From positions 38,122 to 102,121 of the forward strand of contig DALYDK010000001.1 in NCBI GenBank assembly GCA_031973215.1: DNA of 64,000 nucleotides, given 5' to 3'. Shown here one piece after another: positions 35,291 through 44,476 of the stretch. A program made the translations under genes and the position numbers. The stretch comes from Candidatus Saccharimonadota bacterium. Lineage in GTDB: Bacteria; Patescibacteriota; Saccharimonadia; Saccharimonadales; CAIOMD01. How positions within the stretch are numbered: position 1 is the first letter of the stretch; every line of letters starts with the position of its first letter. Under the pieces are notes generated by a model that was given only the letters and a program-made list of their open reading frames with translations, made no database searches and was not told the DNA's origin.

Positions 35291-36148
35291 CTAGTATGTG
35301 AAGTATGCGGTTATTATTTTTTGTTGATCTGGGCTATAAAAAGATGTAGGCCTCCCAGACCTGATATCATTGATATTATTTTTATATATTTTAACGGGAC
35401 CGAGAAGGTCTGGGGGTATTTGGTCAATTATTCTATTCAAAGTATTCATATCAGTTTTCAGCTTACGGATAAGTTCTGATTTTCGAATATAGCCATCGGG
35501 AATTTCAGTAAATGTTTCTATTTCTTTTTCAATCTGGATCTGATCTTTTGGGGAGTAAAAAGGTGCTTTGTGATTCTGAATATTGCGGTATATTGGTTCT
35601 ATCAAGCCTTTATTTTTTAATCGCTTAGCAGCGGCGTAAGCCATTGCGGGAGTTACTTCTAGCAGCTTGGCTATGCCGTTTGCGGTCATATAGCCCTCAG
35701 GTATCCAAATTTCTGATTTGATGACTGTTTCAACCAGTTTTTGTTGATCTGGAGAGAGTAATTCAATAGACTCTGTGCTCAATTGTGAGTTATTTGTTTC
35801 TTCACCATAATCTTCTGATAGTTTAATAGCATATTTAATTAATGATTTACTGACTTCTAGGGATTCTGATAATTCATCTAGGCTTAAATATCCTTCTGGC
35901 CTATTTTCTGTGCCGATGTTTTCGGTGTCGTTATGCAGTTCTGTTGCTTCATCTAATTGGGTAGATAAAATGGACAACCTTCCTATGATAGAGCTGAGTT
36001 CAGCTTTTGTTGCTTCATCGAGGTTTTCTGAGTCGTTACTTAGTTGAATGAGCATATCAAGAACGACCGAACTTAGCATTTTGTTATTGGCTCTTTCTTG
36101 TGACTTAGCAGTCTCGTACTGCTGCTTGCCTTCAGGTAACTCTTCCAT
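35291..36148 (-). CDS. Protein with three tandem HTH-like repeats
   Basis: 285 aa. There are three modules beginning P-[ED]-G-Y (EGYLSLDELSESLEVS..., EGYMTANGIAKLLEVT..., DGYIRKSELIRKLKTD...). The last two end in FYSP-x-DQ. Confidence 0.5.
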   Translation of the reverse strand: MEELPEGKQQYETAKSQERANNKMLSSVVLDMLIQLSNDSENLDEATKAELSSIIGRLSILSTQLDEATELHNDTENIGTENRPEGYLSLDELSESLEVSKSLIKYAIKLSEDYGEETNNSQLSTESIELLSPDQQKLVETVIKSEIWIPEGYMTANGIAKLLEVTPAMAYAAAKRLKNKGLIEPIYRNIQNHKAPFYSPKDQIQIEKEIETFTEIPDGYIRKSELIRKLKTDMNTLNRIIDQIPPDLLGPVKIYKNNINDIRSGRPTSFYSPDQQKIITAYFTY

Positions 36149-36190
36149 AAAAAATAATTCTACAATATATATAATTTTTACGCAAGTTAA

Positions 36191-38869
36191 TTAACGGAGG
36201 TGGAGGACGGTTGGGTCATCGTCTTTGTTTTTATGGTTATTGGGTGTCTCTGCCGCTCCGCGTGTTACCCCACTCAAGTCAACCAAGCCTTTATGACTAA
36301 TGGTGCTCTGTGGTTTTTCTGGCTTATTGACAGGAGCGCTATTTACTGGCTTTTTTATTAGCTCTTGCCTATTATTATGACTTTTTGGGACATTTTGAGG
36401 GCCGCCTGGAGCCTTTTCTGCGACTTGGGCGGCTTCTTTGGCTCTTTTGCGCCTTAGGCGCCTTTTTTGGCTTTCTGTGAGTTTTTGGACCGGAGCGGTA
36501 ATTATTGAACTGAGTGGTATTTTACCTGGGACGTTTGAAGAAGTGGGATTATTGTTTTGGCTGATCTGTTGCTGATTTGTATTCGTGGGTAGGGTTTTAT
36601 TGATTATTTCAGTTTCTACTTCAAGTTTTGATCTTGAGTATAAAGACCTAGAATGTTCAATTATTTGGGTTGAAAAATCTTTGGTTACAGATGGAATATT
36701 TAATGAAGTACCCGAAAAAGGAGCTGCCTTTTCTCCGTTAATGCTCATGCTTGTAACAAAATGTCTGTTATGAAAAGAAGATAGGTCTCCTGCTTCAAAT
36801 TGCGGCTCGTAGTATTTAACCAAAAATGGGCTATCATCTGGACTTACTCTGAAGGTAATCATTGTTCCAACATTACCAAAAACAGCGTCACGCACCGGTT
36901 CTTCCATTTGGGAAATGTACTGATTAGCAACCGTTAAGTTAAGTCCATATTTTCTGGCCTCGCTAAGAATGACGGCAAAGCTGTCGGTGGCAAAGTTCTG
37001 AAATTCGTCTACGTATAAATAAAATGGTCTTCTATCTTCAATTCTGGGAATGTCTGCACGGCTCATGGCGGCAAGCTGAATTTTAGTCACTAACATTGAT
37101 CCCAAAATGGCAGCATTATCTTCACCGACTAATCCCCTTGAAAGATTAACAATGAAAATTTTGCCTTCATCCATCATTTTTCTAATATTAAAGGAGCTTT
37201 TTTGCTGGCCAATTATATTTCTGACCAAAGGGTTGGCCACAAAAGCACCGACTTTATTTAGTACAGGTGCTACTGCTTCGTTTGCAAATTTCTCATTCCA
37301 AGATGCAAATTCTTTAAGCCAAAAACTTTTAACAACAACATCATCAACATGGCTAATCACTTCATCTCGGAATTTTTTTTCTGTAAGCATTCTGGTAATG
37401 TCTAGCATGGTCGAGCCGGGGTAGTCTAGTAGTGCAAGAATGGTGTATCTAAGAATATATTCTAGCCTTGGTCCCCAAGAGTCAAACATTCTTTTGAGTA
37501 CACCCACAAGCTCGCTACTTACTTGACCTTTGCTGACGGAGTCGTTTATCTCTAGCGGGTTGAACCCTATTGGGAAGGCGCTGTCTGCCGGGTTAAAGTA
37601 GACAACATCTTTGATTCTTCTTTCTGGAATATAGCGAATGACATTAGAGGCGTAATCGCCGTGAGGATCAATTACGGCAAAACCTTGATTATAAAAAATG
37701 TCTGAAAGAGTAAGTAGCTCTAATAGCCCAGACTTACCTGTGCCAGTTTGCCCTAATACATAAACATGCCTGCCTCTGTCGGCTCTAAGCAGTCCAAACA
37801 TTGCGTTGCTGCCTCTAAAATTAGTACTTCCGAATAAACTTATCTCGTTTTCAGGTACTTTTCCGTATGCAGGAATATTGGCTGGTGGTTCGGCAGTTTT
37901 GGTGGTAGCCCAGACAATATTGGGAGTTTCAACAGTGGTATGTGGCAAATGAAAAAGGCTGGCTAATTCTTCTATATTTAGGATAAAACCTTTGTCGGTG
38001 AAAAGCCTATCTTGGTAATCGTTTAATTTGTTTGGATCAAAACTTGGCAATTTACTTTGAAAACCGTTTAGGTTGGTTGTGTTAAATTGCTTGAATGTGC
38101 CGACCATTGCTTGCATCCTAAGCTTAGCCGTATTTTCGTCGTTACCAGCATATACTAGTCGTATTTTAACCTGGTAGCCAAGTTTTTTACTCTTATCTTC
38201 TATGGCTGTTATTCTGGTTTTGTCTCGCTCGGATGGTTCGTAGGCATTTGCTTGACCTGCCTCGGGTGGCTTAATTAAAGCTCCAAAAGCTTGCCCTACA
38301 TAAGATAGCCCCCCTCCCCCGCTCCAAACTGCTTTACCAGATTTAATTCGAGCTATCATTTTGCTGCTTTTTTGGTGCCACTCATCGCCAATAGGTCGAC
38401 ATAAAATTTGGACCCACATTTCTTCATCTAGCTGATCTAGCTTTGCCAAGGTTGCTGTAATCGCCGCCAGCGGATCAACTTCAAAACTGGGGAACGTTTT
38501 AATCGGTAGGGTTTCGTTGTCTGTTAATACTAGCTCTGTGCTGTAAATTACTCTCTGGGGCATTGCGCGGTTAGCATAGTCTGACGTTTCTGATATTTGG
38601 GCCTGGGGGTATTGGGCATATATTTGGCCCTCAACAAAAGCCTGTAGGTCTTTGGGAACCCAAGCGTAAAATCTTATTCGTTGTCCAATAGATGCAAATT
38701 CAAAACCAACATGCTGTTGCTTTAAATATCCGTCACTAAAAAGTGACTTGAGTGGTTTGTATATACCATGAAGCGCAGCAAACATCTGTTCTGCTGACAG
38801 TTCTTTTTTATCATTTGTCCTTGGAATCTCAACTAATAGAAGAGAATTATCTGTTGGTTTACTGTCCAC
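36191..38869 (-). CDS. T4SS coupling protein-like (TraD/VirD4/DUF87-type) P-loop ATPase with basic low-complexity tail
   Basis: 892 aa. Walker A is VYVLGQTGTGKSGL and Walker B is PFYLYVDEFQNFAT. It has a ~340-aa N-terminal domain with no TM helices. The C-terminus is Lys/Arg/Pro-rich. Confidence 0.7.
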   Translation of the reverse strand: MDSKPTDNSLLLVEIPRTNDKKELSAEQMFAALHGIYKPLKSLFSDGYLKQQHVGFEFASIGQRIRFYAWVPKDLQAFVEGQIYAQYPQAQISETSDYANRAMPQRVIYSTELVLTDNETLPIKTFPSFEVDPLAAITATLAKLDQLDEEMWVQILCRPIGDEWHQKSSKMIARIKSGKAVWSGGGGLSYVGQAFGALIKPPEAGQANAYEPSERDKTRITAIEDKSKKLGYQVKIRLVYAGNDENTAKLRMQAMVGTFKQFNTTNLNGFQSKLPSFDPNKLNDYQDRLFTDKGFILNIEELASLFHLPHTTVETPNIVWATTKTAEPPANIPAYGKVPENEISLFGSTNFRGSNAMFGLLRADRGRHVYVLGQTGTGKSGLLELLTLSDIFYNQGFAVIDPHGDYASNVIRYIPERRIKDVVYFNPADSAFPIGFNPLEINDSVSKGQVSSELVGVLKRMFDSWGPRLEYILRYTILALLDYPGSTMLDITRMLTEKKFRDEVISHVDDVVVKSFWLKEFASWNEKFANEAVAPVLNKVGAFVANPLVRNIIGQQKSSFNIRKMMDEGKIFIVNLSRGLVGEDNAAILGSMLVTKIQLAAMSRADIPRIEDRRPFYLYVDEFQNFATDSFAVILSEARKYGLNLTVANQYISQMEEPVRDAVFGNVGTMITFRVSPDDSPFLVKYYEPQFEAGDLSSFHNRHFVTSMSINGEKAAPFSGTSLNIPSVTKDFSTQIIEHSRSLYSRSKLEVETEIINKTLPTNTNQQQISQNNNPTSSNVPGKIPLSSIITAPVQKLTESQKRRLRRKRAKEAAQVAEKAPGGPQNVPKSHNNRQELIKKPVNSAPVNKPEKPQSTISHKGLVDLSGVTRGAAETPNNHKNKDDDPTVLHLR

Positions 38870-38943
38870 TGCTATATTATAACTCTTTTTATTTTAATGA
38901 TTGATAATAGCTGAACTAATATAGAAAGGCTTATTTTATAGGA

Positions 38944-39999
38944 TTAGGCTTCAGCTAGGGTGTATGTTGCCTTGGCAACTCGCTTGAATTGATCTTTCCC
39001 CTGTAGGTTAAGAAGGATTGTCGTTTCTTTGACATGTCGAGTTTTGAGGACTCTTTTTACAATTTCGTCTCTGTGAAGGGGTTCGCCGGCCTTTTTGAGA
39101 ACATCGCTAATAATATCGGCCACAGTTCCCTTTTTATAGCCCCATTCGTCTAGTGCATAAATACCACGGCCAATAAGTACGAACCTTTTATCTTTAATAA
39201 GTTCATTATGAATAGCCTGAGTAGTTACGTCTTTGCGCTTAAAATCACTTTCTCTAATTGCTGCTGCAATTTCGTTGAAATGCATGTGTGATCCCTTTTC
39301 GCTCAAAATAACATATATTTTATCCCTGATATTCTTAGGGTTTACTGTAGGCCATTTGATATAACCCCATTTACCATTAAGGTGAGCTAGGTCTTTAGAA
39401 ATAGATGCTACGGCCTCGATGTGGGTTGTATCATCGCTACCAAATAATTCGGCTACTTCGCTGATATCACATGGTTTTCCAATTTTTTTGCGGATAATCT
39501 CGACTATTTTACTGGCTTGCTCGCGTATAGTTTTTTCATCATAAAGCTCTCTATCAGCTGTAGAGGCAAAGTAGTGGTCAGATTCTTCAATGTTTGCAAG
39601 CTTTGGAGCCAGTTCTGCTATAAAGCTTAGTCTGGCTTGATCAATTTTTGTGCCGTCTTGCGTAAGTAGATCGGCCAGCTGACTAATTCTCATGACTGAG
39701 CCATTAGTTTTGATAATTTCTAAAATGTTGTCCTGGGCCTCTTCAAGAGACTGGAGCTTGCCTTCTTTAGCGGAATTCTTAAGCTTTGTAACAATTGCTT
39801 TTTCTAGTTGTCTAACTCTCTCTCTTGTTATGCCAAGGAGTTCGCCAATTTGCTCTAGGGTTTCTTTTCGGTCAAATAGGCCGAATCTTCTTGATACAAC
39901 TTCTTTTTCTCTTTCTCTATCAATGGAATTAAGTATAGAATTTATAGTCTCTTCAAGATTAATCGTTGAAAAACCGGAGCTTGTTTTTGGCTTTGTCAT
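38944..39999 (-). CDS. Sigma-70 region-4-like HTH fused to two HARE-HTH-like (RNAP delta-like) domains
   Basis: 351 aa. N-terminal VVSRRFGLFDRKETLEQIGELLGITRERVRQLEKAIVTKLK matches RpoD region 4.2. Later, HFNEIAAAI...RFVLIGRGIYALDEWGY and a second similar module follow. Confidence 0.65.
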   Translation of the reverse strand: MTKPKTSSGFSTINLEETINSILNSIDREREKEVVSRRFGLFDRKETLEQIGELLGITRERVRQLEKAIVTKLKNSAKEGKLQSLEEAQDNILEIIKTNGSVMRISQLADLLTQDGTKIDQARLSFIAELAPKLANIEESDHYFASTADRELYDEKTIREQASKIVEIIRKKIGKPCDISEVAELFGSDDTTHIEAVASISKDLAHLNGKWGYIKWPTVNPKNIRDKIYVILSEKGSHMHFNEIAAAIRESDFKRKDVTTQAIHNELIKDKRFVLIGRGIYALDEWGYKKGTVADIISDVLKKAGEPLHRDEIVKRVLKTRHVKETTILLNLQGKDQFKRVAKATYTLAEA

Positions 40000-40242
40000 A
40001 CTAGTCAGTCTCTCCTAATTTATAGGTTATATTATTTTTAGTTAACAATATTATAAAATTATTAAACACATTAGTCAATATTAGCGACTAATTTCTTTAC
40101 GAACAGCTGACTATTTGGCTATTTATACGATATTGTTGAATAAATTTACAAATAGTCTTGCAATAAGCCTATTGTAGCACAAACTAGACAAAATATCATA
40201 TAGCAATTATTAGTATTAACAATTTCACCTATTTATTATGAT

Positions 40243-42543
40243 TTACTTTTTAGTTGATTTTCTTTTGGCTATTCGTTTTTTGGCTGGCTTAGCTTTTGCG
40301 AGTAACTCATTTGCCTCTAGTAGACTGATTTTTTCTGGTTCAATAGCTTTTGGTATGCGAGCATTTACTTTGCCGTTTGTAACGTAAGGTCCGAAAGGTC
40401 CTCTTAAAACCTGAATTTTTTCTTCGGCAAATTCTTTAATTTGACGATTGGCCTCTAGCTTAAGCTTTTCTTCATAAAGCTCGTTGGCTTTTTCTTCATC
40501 TACTTCAAATGGCCCAAGTGGCTTTGTAGATACAAAAGTCCTATCTACCTGAATGTACGGACCAAATCTACCAATATTGGCTTTAATTTCTTTACCGTCT
40601 TTAGTATGTCCTACCAGTCTAGGCAGCTTGAACATTTCAAGGGCTTCTTCTAGGGTGATTGATTCTAGACGGGTGTTGCTGGGGAATGGTGCAAACTGAG
40701 GCTTCTCTTCTGAGTCTGTGGAACCTTTTTGAAGCATTAGGCCATACTTACCATAGCGAGCAAATATTGGCTTACCGCTTGCTGGATCATTTCCTAGTTC
40801 CCGAGCCTGGGAACTTTCTGATCTGCTTACAGTCTCGGCATTCTCAACTAGGGGGTGAAATTTTGTATAAAAATCATCTATTGCTTTTTGCCATTTAATT
40901 TTCCCCTCGGCTACTTCGTCGAATTCTTCCTCTGCCTGGGCTGTAAAGCTTGAATCGACTATTTCGGCAAAATATTTTGCCAAGAAATCTGTTGCAACAT
41001 CCGCAAGGTGGGTGGGAATTAATTTAGACTTATCTGCTCCGTAAATTTCGGTTGTTTTCTTTTTCTCTATTGAGCCGTTTGTTAGTTTTAGCTCCAATAC
41101 ATCTTTTTCTTCACCTTCGATATCGACCTTTTCTATATATCCTCTTGTCTGGATTGTACTGATTGTTGGGGCGTATGTGCTTGGCCTGCCTATCCCTAGT
41201 TCTTCTAGTGTGCGTACTAGACTAGCTTCTGTATAACGAGATGGGTGCCTGGTGTATGATTCTGTGGAGGTAATTTCTTGTCTCTGAAGGCTTTGGCCTT
41301 GCTCTAGCTTGGGAAGAAGCTGATCTTCTTTGGTTCCGCCGTATACTTTCATGAAACCATCAAATAGTAACACCTCACCTTTGCCAACAAATTTTTCTGG
41401 CCTGGTGCTTATGGAAATATAGGCTTCGGTTTTCTCTGTTCGAGCTGGCGCCATCTGGGAGGCTACCATTCTTTTCCATATTAATTTGTATAGTTTTTGT
41501 TGCTGTGCGTCTGCTCCGGCTTCTAAGTTTGAGATATTCGTCGGCCTGATGGCTTCGTGTGCTTCTTGAGCCGATGCGTTCTTGGTTTTGTAGGTGCGAA
41601 CCTTTAGATAATTTTTACCAAATTCGGACTCTATATAAGAACTGGTGGCTGCAATTGCAATATTGCTAACAAATAAGCTGTCGGTACGCATATAAGTTAT
41701 GTGTCCGTTTTCATAGAGCTTTTGTGCGACACTCATTGTTTGCTTAACACTAAAGCCGAGCTTTCTTGACGCCTCTTGCTGTAAGGTGCTTGTTGTAAAG
41801 GGAGCTCCTGGGTTTCTTTCGCTGGGCTTTTTTAAGATTCCGTCAATAACATAAGATGCATCTATATTGTCTTCTAGGAATTTATTGGCTTTATCTTCGG
41901 AGTCAAATTTTTCATTAAGCTCCGCACTTAGTTCGTGTCCATCGGCCTGAAAGTTTCCAACAGTTTTATATGTCGATTGACTTTCAAAATTGGAAATTTC
42001 TCTCTCTTTGTCGACTATTAGCTTGACTGCCACCGATTGTACCCGGCCTGCGCTAAGACCTGGCTGGACCTTTTTCCATAATATAGGAGAAAGTTCGTAG
42101 CCTACTAATCTATCAAGAACACGCCTTGCCTGCTGGGCGTCAACTAAGTTTATATCTATGGTCCGGGGGTTCTCTATTGCTTTTGTAATAGCCGGCTTAG
42201 TTATTTCATGAAAAACAATTCTTTTGGTTTTGGCGGTATCTAACTTTAGAGCTTCGGCTAAATGCCATGCAATAGCCTCCCCTTCTCGGTCTTCATCGCT
42301 TGCTAGCCAGACTTGGTCAGATTGTTCTGCTAATTTTCTAAGTTCTGTGACAACCTTTTTTTTGTCTGCTGGAATTTCATACTTCGGTTGATAATTCTTT
42401 TCAACATTAATATTAAGGCCTTTTTTTGGTAAATCTCGGATATGTCCAAAGCTACTTTTTACTAGAAAATCTTTACCAAGAAACTTTTCTATAGTCTTGG
42501 CTTTGGCCGGACTTTCGACAATTACTAGATTTTTTTTCGCCAT
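40243..42543 (-). CDS. topA: DNA topoisomerase I
   Basis: 766 aa. The Toprim domain starts LVIVESPAKAKTIEKFLG. It also has DEDREGEAI and the active-site region YMRTDS. Confidence 0.95.
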   Translation of the reverse strand: MAKKNLVIVESPAKAKTIEKFLGKDFLVKSSFGHIRDLPKKGLNINVEKNYQPKYEIPADKKKVVTELRKLAEQSDQVWLASDEDREGEAIAWHLAEALKLDTAKTKRIVFHEITKPAITKAIENPRTIDINLVDAQQARRVLDRLVGYELSPILWKKVQPGLSAGRVQSVAVKLIVDKEREISNFESQSTYKTVGNFQADGHELSAELNEKFDSEDKANKFLEDNIDASYVIDGILKKPSERNPGAPFTTSTLQQEASRKLGFSVKQTMSVAQKLYENGHITYMRTDSLFVSNIAIAATSSYIESEFGKNYLKVRTYKTKNASAQEAHEAIRPTNISNLEAGADAQQQKLYKLIWKRMVASQMAPARTEKTEAYISISTRPEKFVGKGEVLLFDGFMKVYGGTKEDQLLPKLEQGQSLQRQEITSTESYTRHPSRYTEASLVRTLEELGIGRPSTYAPTISTIQTRGYIEKVDIEGEEKDVLELKLTNGSIEKKKTTEIYGADKSKLIPTHLADVATDFLAKYFAEIVDSSFTAQAEEEFDEVAEGKIKWQKAIDDFYTKFHPLVENAETVSRSESSQARELGNDPASGKPIFARYGKYGLMLQKGSTDSEEKPQFAPFPSNTRLESITLEEALEMFKLPRLVGHTKDGKEIKANIGRFGPYIQVDRTFVSTKPLGPFEVDEEKANELYEEKLKLEANRQIKEFAEEKIQVLRGPFGPYVTNGKVNARIPKAIEPEKISLLEANELLAKAKPAKKRIAKRKSTKK

Positions 42544-42621
42544 ATTCAGTAACTTAGGCTAAAGCTTTATAAAAATATTTGCAAGTACTAATATTGAAAA
42601 TTTTTAGTTAAATAAGATTAG

Positions 42622-43485
42622 CTAGATTAATTCCCAGGTATTATTTCCAACATTTCTAACAACACCCATTATTTCTAAATATGACAAAGTGCTATTTAGG
42701 TTGCTTGATGTCATTTTTGTCGTTTCGAGTAAACTTTCGAAATTAGCTTGGCCTTTAATTAGCACTTTTGCTATGTTCATTTGTTCTTCGTTCTCAAGAA
42801 GTGGTAGCTTTTTCTGAATATGCCGATTTTCCAAACCTAGCAAATTTAATATTTCTGCAGAATCATTAAGTAAATTAGCACCTGTTTTAATAAGATTATT
42901 GGTTCCTTCTGAGTCGGGGCTAAATATTGGTCCTGGTGCTGCAAATATATCTATGCCAAGATCTATACCAAACTGCGCAGTGTGCAGACTGCCACTTCCT
43001 TTGGCGGCTTCCGGTATGACAATAATGTCCGATAAGCCTGCGATAATGCGGTTTCTGGCAATAAAATTGCGTTTATAAGCTATTTTTTCATCTGGTTGGT
43101 ATTCGCTGATTAGGGCACCATCTTTAGCTATTTGGTTGGCTAAATTCAGGTGAGATCTGGGATATATGTTATTAACACCACAAGGTAGAATGGCAATTGT
43201 TAAGCCGTTTGATTTAAGGGCCTGTTGGTGAGCTACGGAGTCTATCCCAAGGGCAAGTCCACTCACGATGACAACGCCCTTTGCGACAAGGTCAGATACG
43301 ACTTTTTCTGTAACAGCTTTGCCGTAAGATGTTAATTTTCGGCTGCCAACAATTGCAACGCTAGGTAGTTTAAATAAGTCTATTGGATTGTCTAGTTCAG
43401 TTTTTATATAAAGATGATCAGGACTGTCGCTTAAGTGGACCAGCTTTTTGGGTATTTGTTTGGGTTTAAGCTTAAAAGTTTTCAT
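42622..43485 (-). CDS. dprA: DNA processing protein DprA
   Basis: It contains VAIVGSRKLTSYGK...VSGLALGIDSVAHQ...GSGSLHTA. I chose the ATG at 43485 (MKTFKL), because the longer track ORF would run through a plus-strand promoter. Confidence 0.9.
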   Translation of the reverse strand: MKTFKLKPKQIPKKLVHLSDSPDHLYIKTELDNPIDLFKLPSVAIVGSRKLTSYGKAVTEKVVSDLVAKGVVIVSGLALGIDSVAHQQALKSNGLTIAILPCGVNNIYPRSHLNLANQIAKDGALISEYQPDEKIAYKRNFIARNRIIAGLSDIIVIPEAAKGSGSLHTAQFGIDLGIDIFAAPGPIFSPDSEGTNNLIKTGANLLNDSAEILNLLGLENRHIQKKLPLLENEEQMNIAKVLIKGQANFESLLETTKMTSSNLNSTLSYLEIMGVVRNVGNNTWELI

Positions 43486-43501
43486 ATATTTAATAATACT
43501 A

Positions 43502-43530
43502 TTGACAATATTTACATTAAATGCTATTAT
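43502..43530 (+). promoter_or_regulatory. Near-consensus sigma70 promoter TTGACA-N17-TATTAT
   Basis: Hexamers at 43502-43507 and 43525-43530 with exactly 17 nt between them. There is no plus-strand ORF downstream. Confidence 0.55.
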
Positions 43531-43536
43531 TGTGTG

Positions 43537-43833
43537 CGTAAGTATGGCATTAGTCGTACTTAATGCACCTTTTACCCCCAAATTCTAACACTATGTTAGT
43601 AGAGTTAGATAGTTTTAGAGCAAGCAGCTAGATTCGTTGTTACCCTCCACGATTTATTTGCGCGCATTTTCTTTAGGGATTATGCAAAGTTCTAAAACTA
43701 ACTAATGCCTTTAACCTAAGCTCAACCCCTCGAGATATGTGAGGTGGAAATCACGAAGCGTGGGATATCTCCCAGGGTTGAAGGCGAAATAGAGCCTACA
43801 GCGGTGCCCACCCCCTCTGTAGGCTCTTTTTTT
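43537..43833 (+). ncRNA. Candidate ~300-nt structured RNA of unknown class
   Basis: It is bounded by the promoter above and by the terminator AGAGCCTACAG-15 nt-CTGTAGGCTCT plus T7 (43791-43833). Internal stems include GTGCGTAAGTA...TACTTAATGCAC and CAACCC..GAGATAT...ATATCTC..GGGTTG (43723-43780). No ORF is present. Confidence 0.45.
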
Positions 43834-44470
43834 ATAGAACTTTTCTGGTTTCTTCTTTGAATGATCCGCCGTAAATATACTCAGTTAAAATATTTGTCGA
43901 TTCTGACAAAATTTGAGGAATCTTAGGCTCTTCTTCTTTGCTAAATTTTCCTAGGACAAAATCACTGGCATCTATATTGCTACTTAAATCTGATTTAATT
44001 CCAATTCTAAGCCTATAAAAGTTGCTTTCCAGATGGTTGATAATAGATTTTATTCCATTGTGACCCGCGGCTTGCCCCCCCAATCTAGTTCTGATAGTGC
44101 CAAAAATTACTGCTAGTTCATCGTAAACAACCACAATATTTTCAGGACTTATTCTATAATAATCGGCCACAGCTCTAACGGATTGGCCGCTGTCATTCAT
44201 ATAAGTTTGTGGTTTGGCTAAAATTATCTTTTGGTTATTTATAATCTTTTCAGAAAACAGACCTTTAAATTTTGATACATTGGAAAATTCCGGAAAATCT
44301 TGGTTTTTGGCAAAATAATCTATTGCCCTGAAACCAATGTTGTGTCTTGTTAGCTCATATTGCTTACCCGGATTACCAAGACCTACAATTAGCTTGTAGC
44401 TTGTGGCAAGTCCTATAGTATAGGGCACTGTTTTGCTAACTTCTATTGGCTTTTTCTGAAAAAGTGCCAT
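43832..44470 (-). CDS. pth: Peptidyl-tRNA hydrolase
   Basis: 212 aa with LIVGLGNPGKQYELTRHNIGF and GGQAAGHNGIKSI. Confidence 0.95.
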   Translation of the reverse strand: MALFQKKPIEVSKTVPYTIGLATSYKLIVGLGNPGKQYELTRHNIGFRAIDYFAKNQDFPEFSNVSKFKGLFSEKIINNQKIILAKPQTYMNDSGQSVRAVADYYRISPENIVVVYDELAVIFGTIRTRLGGQAAGHNGIKSIINHLESNFYRLRIGIKSDLSSNIDASDFVLGKFSKEEEPKIPQILSESTNILTEYIYGGSFKEETRKVL

Positions 44471-44476
44471 AACAGC

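Noticed and set aside
43537-43833. SRP RNA, on the basis of a GGAA-tipped hairpin and an AGCGGTGCCC string similar to the Bacillus scRNA Alu domain.
   Set aside because: The residues flanking the GGAA tip do not reproduce the conserved symmetric loop (A/GG versus AGCA). The AGCGGTGCCC string lies in the terminator loop at the 3' end rather than in a 5' Alu domain. This could still be overturned by a covariance-model search.
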